From Promethearchaeia archaeon (lineage in GTDB: Archaea > Asgardarchaeota > Lokiarchaeia > Sigyniarchaeales > SOKP01), in assembly GCA_029856145.1 (NCBI GenBank), contig JAHQWK010000019.1, positions 86,516 through 150,515 on the forward strand: DNA of 64,000 bases, in the 5' to 3' direction. A program made the translations under genes and the position numbers. Of the stretch, positions 42,454 through 52,524 are shown piece by piece; position 1 is the first letter of the stretch, and every line of letters starts with the position of its first letter. The notes below the pieces were generated by a model that had not been told where the DNA came from, made no database searches, and saw only the letters and a list, made by a program, of their open reading frames with translations.

Positions 42454-44187
42454 TTATTCCATATTAATTTCGGTTTCTTTAGATTTTTTGAATGCATTTG
42501 TTACTTTTAGAATTCTACTCTTTGATTCTTTTTCAGGTTTCTGAGGTTTCTTTTTTGATACTGTACCATTTCCACCATGTTCAGCGAGTTGATTTTTTAA
42601 ATCTTCTGATAGTGTTCCTAATCTATTAGCAGTAGCAGTTATTTCTTCCATCGAAGCTGTTTGTTGTTCTGAAGATGCACTAATTCCTTCCAATGCTCGA
42701 GAGTTCTCTTCCCCTGCGGCTGTTGTGGATTCAATATCTTGTGTTATAGCTCCTATTAACTCAACTGTAGATTGGATACGATTTGTTATCTCCCGGATTT
42801 CTAATCCCGTCTGATCAACCGCACTTTTAGATTCCTCAGCAAGTTTCCGAACCTCATCTGCTACTACCGCAAAACCTCGCCCATGTTCACCTGCTCTTCC
42901 TGCTTCTATACTTGCGTTGAGCGCTAAAAGATTTGTTTGATCTGAAATACTTGTTATCATATCCATAATTCTATTAATATCCGTTGTTGATTTCATGGTT
43001 TGATGAGAAAGATCATTGATATTACTTGACATCTTACTGATATCTACAAGAGAATTTACTTGACTTTGAACATTCATAGATACTTCCTGAGTGGTTGAGG
43101 CAATTTCTTCAGATGCAGCATTTACTTCACTTGCACTCGCAGCTAATTCAGTGGCCATATTAGATACATTAATACTTGCATTAGAACCAGTAGCTAAAAC
43201 TCTCTCCATATTTTTGGTAACTCTTATAATCCCTCTAACTGTAGGGACTGCTATAACTATTCCTAATCCAATTGCTATCGCCAATGTTATTATCGTAATA
43301 GTTAATGCTGTAAGGACTGTGACATTAGCATTATTTACCGATTGTGCAACGCTAGCATCAAGTTGAACTACAAGATCCTCAAGATGTCCCGCCATTTCAT
43401 CATAATTTGCTTCAAGATCTTCACTCTCAATCCATGCTAGTTGATAATGAGTTATAAGCTCTAATATTCTGTCAACAGCGCCCTCACCGTCAATTCTCTC
43501 GTGCCAATATAATAAAGTATCGATCTCTGCTACTAATGAAGCATTTGTGTCACTTTTTAATGTTGGGATTAAAGCACTGAATTCGGATTCAGCATCCGTT
43601 ATAGGAGATGTACTAGCAGTACCATTTCTATTTAAAACATATTCATGCATATAATGTTCTTCTACATCCCTCCAATATAACATTAAATTCGCAGTTTCTC
43701 TAGATAGACTATCTTGAGCATTATTAATTATGTAGAAAAGACTATTTTCCCATGTTTCTACATTTTCATGAACCCAATGTATATCTTCAAATGCTTCTTC
43801 AAAAAGATCAAACATTCCCGTATCAACAGTTTTACAGTCGTTTACCATCAAACTAAAATGTTGTCGTACTTCCTCCAATTCCAATGTATACTCTGGAAGT
43901 ACTGCTTCAAGTTCCGTCAAATGTTCGTTCAATTCTGCAACTTCATCATCAAATGCAAGTTCTGTTCCTACAGTTTCTCCTAATTCAAATTCATGCATTA
44001 GATGAGACATCTGATTTCCATGATATTTGATTTCTCGAGAATCTTCTACTGCAACTAAATATTTATTAGTTATAATCTGAATATTAGCATTAACAGCAGT
44101 GATTTGGAAGATCCCAATAATTCCGATGATTGTACATAATATAATCAAAACAGAGAATCCAAAGACCATTCTTCTTCTAATATTCAT
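42454..44187 (-). CDS. Methyl-accepting chemotaxis protein
   Basis: Two TM segments flanking a helical extracellular domain; [35 protein letters not shown]. Confidence 0.95.
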   Translation of the reverse strand: MNIRRRMVFGFSVLIILCTIIGIIGIFQITAVNANIQIITNKYLVAVEDSREIKYHGNQMSHLMHEFELGETVGTELAFDDEVAELNEHLTELEAVLPEYTLELEEVRQHFSLMVNDCKTVDTGMFDLFEEAFEDIHWVHENVETWENSLFYIINNAQDSLSRETANLMLYWRDVEEHYMHEYVLNRNGTASTSPITDAESEFSALIPTLKSDTNASLVAEIDTLLYWHERIDGEGAVDRILELITHYQLAWIESEDLEANYDEMAGHLEDLVVQLDASVAQSVNNANVTVLTALTITIITLAIAIGLGIVIAVPTVRGIIRVTKNMERVLATGSNASINVSNMATELAASASEVNAASEEIASTTQEVSMNVQSQVNSLVDISKMSSNINDLSHQTMKSTTDINRIMDMITSISDQTNLLALNASIEAGRAGEHGRGFAVVADEVRKLAEESKSAVDQTGLEIREITNRIQSTVELIGAITQDIESTTAAGEENSRALEGISASSEQQTASMEEITATANRLGTLSEDLKNQLAEHGGNGTVSKKKPQKPEKESKSRILKVTNAFKKSKETEINME

Positions 44188-44524
44188 ATTTTCACCTTAT
44201 TTGATTTAATTATGATTTTTGTATAAAATTATCATTTTTGTGTAATTTCTTTTTTTTTTATTAGATTCTTATAATTTATACTATGCGATCTTTTAAAAAT
44301 CATAATTATTTGATAAAACAAATATTATTTAAGTGTTAACTATTATAAGAAATTACTATAGATCATCACAATTATGATAACAAAAAATAATTAACCTAAG
44401 AAAAAGTATAATTAATCACTGATATGATAGAATTCATTATAATGAATAATGGATCTAAAACATTTTTAAGAATATAAAGAATTCAAACACATAATTCAAT
44501 ATATTTCTAAGATGGATTATACAA

Positions 44525-45286
44525 ATGGTTGATGAAGATAAGTTATTAAAGGCAGCACAGATTATAAAAGATTCTAACTATATTGTGGTATTTTCTGGAG
44601 CTGGAATTTCTACAGAATCGGGAATAGATGATTTTCGTAGTCCTGGTGGTCTTTGGGAGCAATATGATCCTAATATTTACGCAAGCTATCAGTATTTTTT
44701 GCAGGATCCTTCTCTTTTCTGGAAAATGCATAAAGAAGTTGAAGAATTAGTTGGTGAAGCAGATCCTAATCAAGCACATTTAGCTATTGCCGAATTAGAA
44801 AGAATGGGTAAAGTAAAAGCTGTTATAACTCAAAATATTGATATGTTGCATCAAAAAGCAGGAAGTGGGCAAAAGGGAGCGAAAATTTACCAACTACATG
44901 GAGAGTATGGAAAACTTCATTGTATTAAATGTGGAAATGAATACAATTTCGATGAGATAGACACTAATAGTGTAGATTACCCTGTATGTGAGTGTTCAGG
45001 ATATATCAAACCTAAAGTTGTATTGTTTGGTGAATCTCTCCCTCATGGTGTTTTGGAAAGTGCAATGAATGAGTGTAGCAATGCAGATTGTCTAATAGTT
45101 ATAGGAAGTTCTCTATTGATATCACCTGCCAATTTTATACCATCAATTGCTAAGCAATATGGTGCGAAGCTCGTATTTATAAATCGTGAAAATACTATAA
45201 TGGATGATCTTGCGGATGTTTTTTTAAAAGGAAGTGCTGGTGAGACTTTCACAAAATTACTGAAAATGGTAAAATCTAATATTTAA
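44525..45286 (+). CDS. cobB: NAD-dependent protein deacylase (sirtuin)
   Basis: GAGISTESGIDDFR, TQNID, LHGE, Zn Cys pairs and GSSL. Confidence 0.93.
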   Translation: MVDEDKLLKAAQIIKDSNYIVVFSGAGISTESGIDDFRSPGGLWEQYDPNIYASYQYFLQDPSLFWKMHKEVEELVGEADPNQAHLAIAELERMGKVKAVITQNIDMLHQKAGSGQKGAKIYQLHGEYGKLHCIKCGNEYNFDEIDTNSVDYPVCECSGYIKPKVVLFGESLPHGVLESAMNECSNADCLIVIGSSLLISPANFIPSIAKQYGAKLVFINRENTIMDDLADVFLKGSAGETFTKLLKMVKSNI

Positions 45287-45315
45287 AATTTAAGATTTTC
45301 AATAATCATATGAAT

Positions 45316-45471
45316 TCATTTAGATTTTTTGATTTCTCTACATTCTTTAGTTATCAAAAATCTAATGATTTCGGTTACGTTTTTTATTCCATAATAATCT
45401 TTGATGGATTCTAATTTGTCAAAGATTTCTTTTTCAATAGAGATATGGAATTCATGTTTTTCATTTTCCAT
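45316..45471 (-). CDS. Small ribbon-helix-helix DNA-binding protein (51 aa)
   Basis: Not in the ORF track. Manual translation: MENEKHEFHISIEKEIFDKLESIKDYYGIKNVTEIIRFLITKECREIKKSK. Confidence 0.75.
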   Translation of the reverse strand: MENEKHEFHISIEKEIFDKLESIKDYYGIKNVTEIIRFLITKECREIKKSK

Positions 45472-45514
45472 TAGTTATTTTTAATATTTTTCGTTAATAA
45501 GTTTTTTTTATTTT

Positions 45515-45551
45515 TGGACAGTCTATGGATCTCTTTGGATTGAAATTGGAT
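45515..45551. promoter_or_regulatory. Helically phased TGGA(T/C) array, candidate RHH operator
   Basis: TGGA at 45515, 45526, 45536 and 45547 (spacing 11/10/11), just upstream of the RHH gene. Confidence 0.45.
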
Positions 45552-45711
45552 AATTATTTATATATCCTTACCATTATAGAATGTGGAAGGTTATAACAAA
45601 AATTTTCTATGATACTATAATTTATACATTGGAGATACTGAGGGCTTCAATCATTCGCCTTAATTATAAATTATAGAGACAGAAGTAAAATTCAAAAGTA
45701 AGAAAAGAATT

Positions 45712-46680
45712 ATGTTTGAAATCATTATAGCAATTTACGTTCTTGTTGGTGGAATCGCTCTTATTATATATGCTAGTATAAAGGCCGTAAAACACTCTGC
45801 GATTTTAGCATTTGCTTTAGGAGTATCACCATTAATAATTGGTTTAACATTGGTTTCCATTGGAACAGATATTTCAGAAATTTTTAATTCTCTTGTTTCA
45901 TGTGCGTTAGGACATGGTGATATTGATGTTGGAGATTCTGTGGGTTCAGATTTAACACAACTTACCTTAGTGTTTGGGATATTACCATTAGTTACAGGAA
46001 TAATTTATATTCACAGAAAAGATATAATAACTTTAGGAGCTGCGGAAATTTTGTCATTACTTGTAATTTTTACAATAGTGGAGAAAGGATATATTACACG
46101 ATTAAATGCGCTTCTTATGGTTGGGAGCTTAGGTATTTATTTTTGGTTAATTTACAATGCTAATAAGGGGAGTATTTTAAGTAGAGTAGAAATGATTGAA
46201 AAGATAGAAACTCCTAAAAGTAAAAGATATCACCTCCTAATAGCTATTTTGGGATTTGGCGGGGTAACAATAGGAAGTTTTATGATTGTTGAATCTGTTA
46301 TAGTTATTTCAAGTGTCTTAAACGTTCATGAATATATCATAAGTTTTTTCATTGTTGCGTTAGGCACCTCGCTCCCAGAACTGGCTGTCGATATCAATGC
46401 ATTAAGATTAGGGCACCACCAAATCGCTATAGGAGATATTGTCGGTTCATGTATAGTAGATTCTACACTTTCAATTGGGATAGGGCAACTTATATTTAAT
46501 CAAAATCCTAATCCTGTTACAGCGTCTCTCGCCGTTCCCACAGTTTTGTATACACTAATAGCAAGTTTTATAGTTTTTAGTCTAATCGCTATAAGAAAGA
46601 AAGTAGATAAAAAAGCAGGAGTTTTATTTATTGGGCTATATTTTCTCTCTTATATCTTTCTATTTTCCTTTTGGATATAA
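45712..46680 (+). CDS. Sodium:calcium exchanger (YrbG/CaCA family)
   Basis: Alpha-repeats SIGTDISE...GDSVGSD and ALGTSLPE...GDIVGS; about 10 TM segments. Confidence 0.88.
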   Translation: MFEIIIAIYVLVGGIALIIYASIKAVKHSAILAFALGVSPLIIGLTLVSIGTDISEIFNSLVSCALGHGDIDVGDSVGSDLTQLTLVFGILPLVTGIIYIHRKDIITLGAAEILSLLVIFTIVEKGYITRLNALLMVGSLGIYFWLIYNANKGSILSRVEMIEKIETPKSKRYHLLIAILGFGGVTIGSFMIVESVIVISSVLNVHEYIISFFIVALGTSLPELAVDINALRLGHHQIAIGDIVGSCIVDSTLSIGIGQLIFNQNPNPVTASLAVPTVLYTLIASFIVFSLIAIRKKVDKKAGVLFIGLYFLSYIFLFSFWI

Positions 46681-46707
46681 TTCTGATATTAATTCTCAAA
46701 AGTCTCA

Positions 46708-47055
46708 TTAAATTGGCATATAGAATTTACATAATGCACATTGATTAGCCCGCAATCTCCTTTCTGGTCCTAAGATTATAAATTTTTCGGTTAGCTCTCC
46801 ACCACATTTTGGGCAACTTTTAGCAAAATTTTCTTTGATTGAATTTAATACTTTTTGTATTCCCTTCTCTAAATTAATTAATTCATTGGCATTCTGAATA
46901 ATTTTATCGGCTGATATCATCCCAATACCTTTAATCCATGCTAACTGTTCTGGATTAGATTTAGCAATCTCTTCTACTGTTTTTACTCCCGCATTTATTA
47001 GCCTTTCAGCTGCCGTTGGACCAATGCCCCGAACTCGTATTAATTCTTCAATCAA
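46708..47055 (-). CDS. HhH-domain protein with C-terminal Zn ribbon
   Basis: RGIGPTAAERL and KGIGMISADKI HhH motifs; CPKC...CALC. Confidence 0.8.
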   Translation of the reverse strand: MIEELIRVRGIGPTAAERLINAGVKTVEEIAKSNPEQLAWIKGIGMISADKIIQNANELINLEKGIQKVLNSIKENFAKSCPKCGGELTEKFIILGPERRLRANQCALCKFYMPI

Positions 47056-47160
47056 AAAAATCTTATTATAATGCTAATTTTGAATCTAATTATATATTAT
47101 AATGTTAACTAGTCAAAATAAAATTTAAGTTGAAAAAATAAAAATAAAAAAATTAGATAT

Positions 47161-47892
47161 TTATTTCTCTAGTTGTCGTCCTACCCCACTGTACATCATA
47201 TATCCACTGATGGCAGCTAAGATTATACCGATTGGGCCAATTAACATCCTAACTGTTGGATCGTTTAGGTAATTTGCAAAGAATATTGAATACATAAATA
47301 TAATTAAAGCGATAACACCGACTATAAAGGATTTCCATTTCTTTTTTAATTGTTCATCTTCAAATTTCTTATATATTTGAAATGATAAATACAATAAAGG
47401 TACAATTGTAAAGATCGTTACACCTAAGAATACATAGAGAAAGAAAGGTAGATGCCAAACAGGTGACCATTCTGTAGTAGCATTAAGTTCAACGCCCCAT
47501 CCTGGTCCGGCTATCACAAAAAAGATCATGCAAAACATATAAATGCCATATCCAATAAAGATCATCAATTGTTTTGTATGAGTTATTATTTTTTCTGATT
47601 TCAGTAAGATTAAATTAAACACTACGAAAAATATCGGAGCATAAAAAGCACCAAAATTAGTAAAATAGTTTAAGATTAGTACGACTTGCTCATCCGCAAT
47701 AGGTCCATATATAAAATTAAAAATAGTCCCTACTACCACAGATAAATAAAACCCAGAGAATATTAAATTCAACCTCTTTCTATCTCGCTTAAGAATTCGA
47801 TAGGCTAAATAAACAAAAAAAATAAAAATGAGTCCTTGTGCACCATAAATTGTTATTACTCGAATTGGATTTTCTAATGGATACAAAAACAT
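47161..47892 (-). CDS. Stand-alone 7-TM membrane protein
   Basis: Seven hydrophobic segments, WSPVW loop, no cytosolic output domain. Confidence 0.7.
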   Translation of the reverse strand: MFLYPLENPIRVITIYGAQGLIFIFFVYLAYRILKRDRKRLNLIFSGFYLSVVVGTIFNFIYGPIADEQVVLILNYFTNFGAFYAPIFFVVFNLILLKSEKIITHTKQLMIFIGYGIYMFCMIFFVIAGPGWGVELNATTEWSPVWHLPFFLYVFLGVTIFTIVPLLYLSFQIYKKFEDEQLKKKWKSFIVGVIALIIFMYSIFFANYLNDPTVRMLIGPIGIILAAISGYMMYSGVGRQLEK

Positions 47893-48110
47893 AAAAATTC
47901 ACGTTAAAATAGTTATTTTTATTTGTTATAAAAATGTGTTATACTATCTATTTATCATTTCATATTTATTATTGTTTTTTTTTCTTATAAAAAAAAGACC
48001 GTATCTCTAGTCTTAATTTGATAAAAACTAGAAAATACAAAATTTACTCAAGTTGGCGTCCTACGCCATAATACATTAAGCATAAAATATATTTTGGTTC
48101 TAAGAATATC

Positions 48111-48305
48111 TTATTTTTCTCGCCACTCCTGGCCACAGCGTCCGCAGCGGTATTTTTTCCCGTAAACGCGGGGATAATCACTAATTATATTTGTTTTATC
48201 TGTAGATTCATGGATCATATTCTTATTTTCTTCTCCGCAACTTGGACACTTTCTACGACCTGAAATCCTCTCAATTGTTAATAAACCGTTTGATTCTTCT
48301 CCCAT
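48111..48305 (-). CDS. Small Zn-ribbon protein
   Basis: RRKCPSCG...YGKKYRCGRCGQEW; ATG 48305 behind GGAGTTGA. Confidence 0.75.
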   Translation of the reverse strand: MGEESNGLLTIERISGRRKCPSCGEENKNMIHESTDKTNIISDYPRVYGKKYRCGRCGQEWREK

Positions 48306-48457
48306 TTTTCTTAATTCAACTCCAACTTTATAAAATATACACAATAGCATTTTTAATAATTATATTTTAATTTGTAAATTATTATTTTTATAACTTTTCG
48401 ATTTTCTATCTTTTTTTTGTACAAATAAGGTATTATTTATAAACCAAAAGTTTTAAA

Positions 48458-49057
48458 CTAGCTTATTAGCCATTTTCCATATTCTTTTGCCTTTTCAAAT
48501 AATTCTGGGCTCGAATATTGAAATCTTAAAATATAATCATTAAATAAAGTGTTATAAATCTCATTTATATCTCTCCCTCTGTTAAATACTTCAAAACAAT
48601 ATATCAAATTTAGATCTTTTGTAGTTTTTTCTAATTTAAATCTACTTATCTTAAAACTTTTAGAATGAGAATTGTTGATCAATTGTTCAATATCCATACC
48701 AACTAAAACAGATAATCCTTGGAATAAAAATGTCTCATTAAATTCTTCTACTAAATATTTATTTATGGTATTTAATGAATTTTTATCGTATAAATTAAGT
48801 GTGAGAATTATTATATCAAGTTTCTGTATATTTTCAAAATTCTTTATTATAGCTTCAAGGGTTTCTGTTATAAACACCTTAATCATAATGGGTATTTGTT
48901 TAAAAATAATTAAACATTCATAAAAGCCATCAGAAAAATTAGAATTTATAGCTATTTTATTTAGATTATCTAAGAAAATTTCTTTTATATATTCTAAATT
49001 ACCAATGATTCCAATCCTTAGGCTATAGCTAACTTTCTTCACTAAATTCCATTCCAA
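48458..49057 (-). CDS. Degenerate Rab/Ras-fold protein (pseudo-GTPase)
   Basis: Strand order RIGIIG / IMIKVF / DIIILTLNL.DKNSL / VLVG / YCFEV matches a small GTPase, but GxxxxGKS, DxxG and NKxD are absent. Confidence 0.6.
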   Translation of the reverse strand: MEWNLVKKVSYSLRIGIIGNLEYIKEIFLDNLNKIAINSNFSDGFYECLIIFKQIPIMIKVFITETLEAIIKNFENIQKLDIIILTLNLYDKNSLNTINKYLVEEFNETFLFQGLSVLVGMDIEQLINNSHSKSFKISRFKLEKTTKDLNLIYCFEVFNRGRDINEIYNTLFNDYILRFQYSSPELFEKAKEYGKWLIS

Positions 49058-49168
49058 AAATAATTATTATTGTACTTAATTTTCTATTATTAAATTATTT
49101 TAATATATCATTTTTATAGCATATTTTATTTAAATAATGAATATGACTTTATCACGATTAGGTTTAAA

Positions 49169-50128
49169 ATGCTTCGAGTTTATTTAGAATTAATTTTTAT
49201 GGTTATTATTTGGAGCTTTTCATTTGTAATTGTAGATATTGCTGTAGAATTCATCCCTCCTTTATCCATCGCATTATATCGATTTATAATTGCGTCGTGT
49301 ACTTTTCTACTAATTGATATTTATTTTAAAATCAGAAAAAAAAGGGAAATAAACTCAACTAATAACATTAAGAAAAAATTTTCAAAAAATGATTGGATGT
49401 TGCTGATACTTGCAAGCTTCACAGGAATATCATTTTTTTTCCTTTTTCAATATTCCTCAATTGAACTAATTGGTCCTTCGCTTCCTGCTTTATTTGTATG
49501 TTTAATAACACCTGTAATTATCACAATTCTTGCATTATTCTTTTTCAAAGAAAGACTAAATATTTTTAAAATATTGGGTTTTATCATTGCTACAATCGGA
49601 GGTTTTTTATTAGTAACAGGGGGGGACATTACCAACCTTGCTCCAGGTTCTATCAATTTTTTAGGATACTTATTTGCATTATTGACTCCAATTTTATGGG
49701 CAGTCTATTCTACAGCTACAAAAAAAATTTCGAAAACTAGTTCAAGCGCCACCATGAATAAATATATTGCATATATTGGTACTGCTGAACTTATCATTTT
49801 CGTGTTAATTAATGGAGAGTTTACTATTTTTATTCAAAACTTTTTAAATATTTCATTATTCCTCTGTGCCGTATATTTAGGATTGGGGTGTTATGTATTA
49901 GGCTATTATATTTGGCAGAATTCCCAAAAGGCTTTAAAATCATCAAAAGCCGCCTCCTTCTTATATGTTGAGCCCTTCTTTACACTACTCTTTTCTTTAT
50001 TACTTCAACGGAGTGAAACAATTGTCTTATGGAATATAATTGGTGGAATAATAGTATTAGTAGCTGTTCTGATTATTAATTATGAAAAAAAAAATGAGAC
50101 TTTCTCTTTTGTCTTGACGTCTTTATAG
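49169..50128 (+). CDS. DMT/EamA-family transporter
   Basis: WSFSF, YRF, KERL..FKILG and YVEPFF; about 10 TM segments. Confidence 0.9.
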   Translation: MLRVYLELIFMVIIWSFSFVIVDIAVEFIPPLSIALYRFIIASCTFLLIDIYFKIRKKREINSTNNIKKKFSKNDWMLLILASFTGISFFFLFQYSSIELIGPSLPALFVCLITPVIITILALFFFKERLNIFKILGFIIATIGGFLLVTGGDITNLAPGSINFLGYLFALLTPILWAVYSTATKKISKTSSSATMNKYIAYIGTAELIIFVLINGEFTIFIQNFLNISLFLCAVYLGLGCYVLGYYIWQNSQKALKSSKAASFLYVEPFFTLLFSLLLQRSETIVLWNIIGGIIVLVAVLIINYEKKNETFSFVLTSL

Positions 50129-50346
50129 ACAAGTTATTGCGACAGCCAAAAACCCAAAAATTCCAGATAATTGGGTTAAATCATCTAACACTACTTGAAA
50201 TATTAATAAATATAGTTAATATGACGATTATAATTTATTTACTAATATACTAATAACCATCTATTTAACAAAAAAACATATATAGAGATTATTTATACTA
50301 GAGTTAAAATAATCAAATATAATCAAAATTATGAGGTGAAAATGAA

Positions 50347-50835
50347 CTGCCAAGGCGCTACTATGCAAAATCTAAGAAAACTTACGCGAAAGATCAAAGC
50401 TTTGACCAAGATCAAGAAGGAGAAGAAAAGGAGAGATTTCTGATTAGTATAGAATTAATGAGTTTGAAAACTCTAAAAGATTATGATATTATGGGTTGGC
50501 GTGGAGAATTTTATTTTAAGATAGACGGTCCCAAAACCTTCAAGGCGAGATGGCCAAACAAGGGTTTCATGAAATTACAGAGGAATCAGGAATTCACCAG
50601 TAAAGCGGATATGTCTCTTTGGAGTCAATTTAAAACCGTTCGAGTAGGAAAACCTGCCATAGAAAAGATAAGAGTCATTTTAAGAGAACAGGATCACATG
50701 AAAAGGAATGAAACTATTGCTGAACAAGAATTTGAAATAAAATTACCCTCAAAAACGGAATATGTAGTTCTTCAAGACGAAAAAGAGAATACAAAAGCTA
50801 AACTTCGAATTCAAGCAACAAGAACAAGATATTAA
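50347..50835 (+). CDS. C2-like beta-sandwich protein (probable CTG start)
   Basis: GAGGTGA at 50333-50339, 7 nt before an in-frame CTG. ISIELMSLKTLKDYDIMGWRGEFYFKI and VILREQD...ETIAEQEF resemble C2 strands and loops. Confidence 0.55.
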   Translation: MPRRYYAKSKKTYAKDQSFDQDQEGEEKERFLISIELMSLKTLKDYDIMGWRGEFYFKIDGPKTFKARWPNKGFMKLQRNQEFTSKADMSLWSQFKTVRVGKPAIEKIRVILREQDHMKRNETIAEQEFEIKLPSKTEYVVLQDEKENTKAKLRIQATRTRY

Positions 50836-50884
50836 ATTAATTTGTAACTTTTTTCTTTTATTTAAAATAAAAAATTTGTATTAT

Positions 50885-51595
50885 TTAATGGAGTTTGTAT
50901 TTACACATATTACAGAATTTCCATGATGGATCTACCTTAATCCCACAATTAGGACACGTTTTTCCTTCTTCAGAAGAAATTGTTGAACTCCCAACAATTT
51001 CAGCAAATTTAATTGAAAATTCACGTATTCGCTCCCAGTCACGAAAATCATTAAACCCTTTCATATCAAATTCAAGTCCGGTCTTTTTCATAATTGGTTT
51101 AACAATCTTTTTCAATTCTTTCTTTGGATCCACTTTAAGCTTTGACTTACGAGAGAAGTCTACTACTGGACCGAATTGAGCACAAATTGATGGTTTAAAT
51201 CCATATTTCGTGATTATTTTTTCCTCAAGAGAATCACTTGCAGGTTCGGGGGTAAGAATTGCTTCTAAATTGAAAGGATCACTTCTAAATACGCCTAAGA
51301 TCTTCTTATTCTTAATTATTTCCTCTAATTTTAAAGTAAAGAAGTTTTTTAATTCTTTCCTTAAAACGGCGCCTTGCCATCGAACTCCCAAAACTGTCAC
51401 ATCTCCAGCAGAAGAACCTGTTAAAATTGCATCATATCCATCTAAAGATGGCCATTTACTACTTCTGATTTTTTTAAGATCAATAAGATGAGTAATCAAT
51501 CCATTTTCTTCTAAAATTTTTGAAATTTCAAGTGAAATTTCTGTTACATATCCATAAGGCGCTGAATAACAGATTAAAGCTTTTTTATCTGTCAT
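50885..51595 (-). CDS. Flavodoxin-like (HemG-type) protein with C-terminal Zn ribbon
   Basis: LICYSAPYGYVTEIS, YDAILTGS, DFRDWERIREF and CPNC...WKFCNMC. Confidence 0.8.
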   Translation of the reverse strand: MTDKKALICYSAPYGYVTEISLEISKILEENGLITHLIDLKKIRSSKWPSLDGYDAILTGSSAGDVTVLGVRWQGAVLRKELKNFFTLKLEEIIKNKKILGVFRSDPFNLEAILTPEPASDSLEEKIITKYGFKPSICAQFGPVVDFSRKSKLKVDPKKELKKIVKPIMKKTGLEFDMKGFNDFRDWERIREFSIKFAEIVGSSTISSEEGKTCPNCGIKVDPSWKFCNMCKYKLH

Positions 51596-51771
51596 AATTC
51601 TTTTTTTTCACCTACTTTTTGAATTTTAATATTTGAAGAATTATATTACTTTATGAAAATTTATGAATTTTATATATCTAACCTTTTATTTAATCATTTT
51701 GAAAAAAACTCTATATATTTATAGATTGTATGATTCTACAATACTTAAGTTTTCTAAAAAATTATACTAAA

Positions 51772-52524
51772 ATGAGTAAAATGTCGTTTGTAACATTAAG
51801 AGATAAGCAATATAAAGTAAAAAAAAATACATTATCTTTAATTAACCGAGGAATAGAAAGCATTGATGAGATTGTAGGTCTTGAGAATTTACCAAATTTA
51901 GTTAACTTAAATCTTTCAAATAATAATATAAGTGAAATTAAAGGTCTTGAAAATCTCTCAAATTTATTTGATCTAGATTTATCAGGAAACGCAATAACTG
52001 AAATAAAGGGACTTGATAATCAGGGGAAATTAAGATTTTTAAAATTAAATAAGAATAAAATATCAGAGATAAAAGGTCTAGATTCTTTGACAGATCTAAT
52101 GGTTTTAAATCTTGAAAGTAATCTGATTGGAGAAATTAAAGGGTTAGATAATTTGAGCAAAATTAACGCTCTATATCTTGCGAATAATAATATTACTGAA
52201 GTTAAGAATATAGAACATCTTCGAAATCTTAAGAGATTTGATTTAGGTACAACAACAAAAATTTCTCGCGAACAAGTTAAACAAGTTCAAAAAGCAGGGA
52301 TACATACAGAAGATCAACGTTATTGGCAAAAAAAGACAATGTGGAAAATAATTGGATTTTTTATTGCAGTTGCCATAGGTGATTTAATTTTGTCAGTTTC
52401 AATTGTTGTTGGTGCTCAATGGGATGCTGGTGCTTTTTTACCATTGTATGGTGGCTTATTTTTCCCTTGTATGATTCTAGGACCGTTTCTATATTGTGCT
52501 GCTAGAGCTTATTCAGGTTATTAA
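51772..52524 (+). CDS. Leucine-rich-repeat (Sds22-like) protein with two C-terminal TM helices
   Basis: Five to six 22-aa repeats L.L..N.I.EIKGL..L; hydrophobic C-terminus. Confidence 0.85.
   Translation: MSKMSFVTLRDKQYKVKKNTLSLINRGIESIDEIVGLENLPNLVNLNLSNNNISEIKGLENLSNLFDLDLSGNAITEIKGLDNQGKLRFLKLNKNKISEIKGLDSLTDLMVLNLESNLIGEIKGLDNLSKINALYLANNNITEVKNIEHLRNLKRFDLGTTTKISREQVKQVQKAGIHTEDQRYWQKKTMWKIIGFFIAVAIGDLILSVSIVVGAQWDAGAFLPLYGGLFFPCMILGPFLYCAARAYSGY

Noticed and set aside
48054-48068. TGGCGT-CCT-ACGCCA hairpin; considered as fluoride riboswitch or SECIS
   Set aside because: Lacks the other conserved elements; at most a small terminator-like stem.
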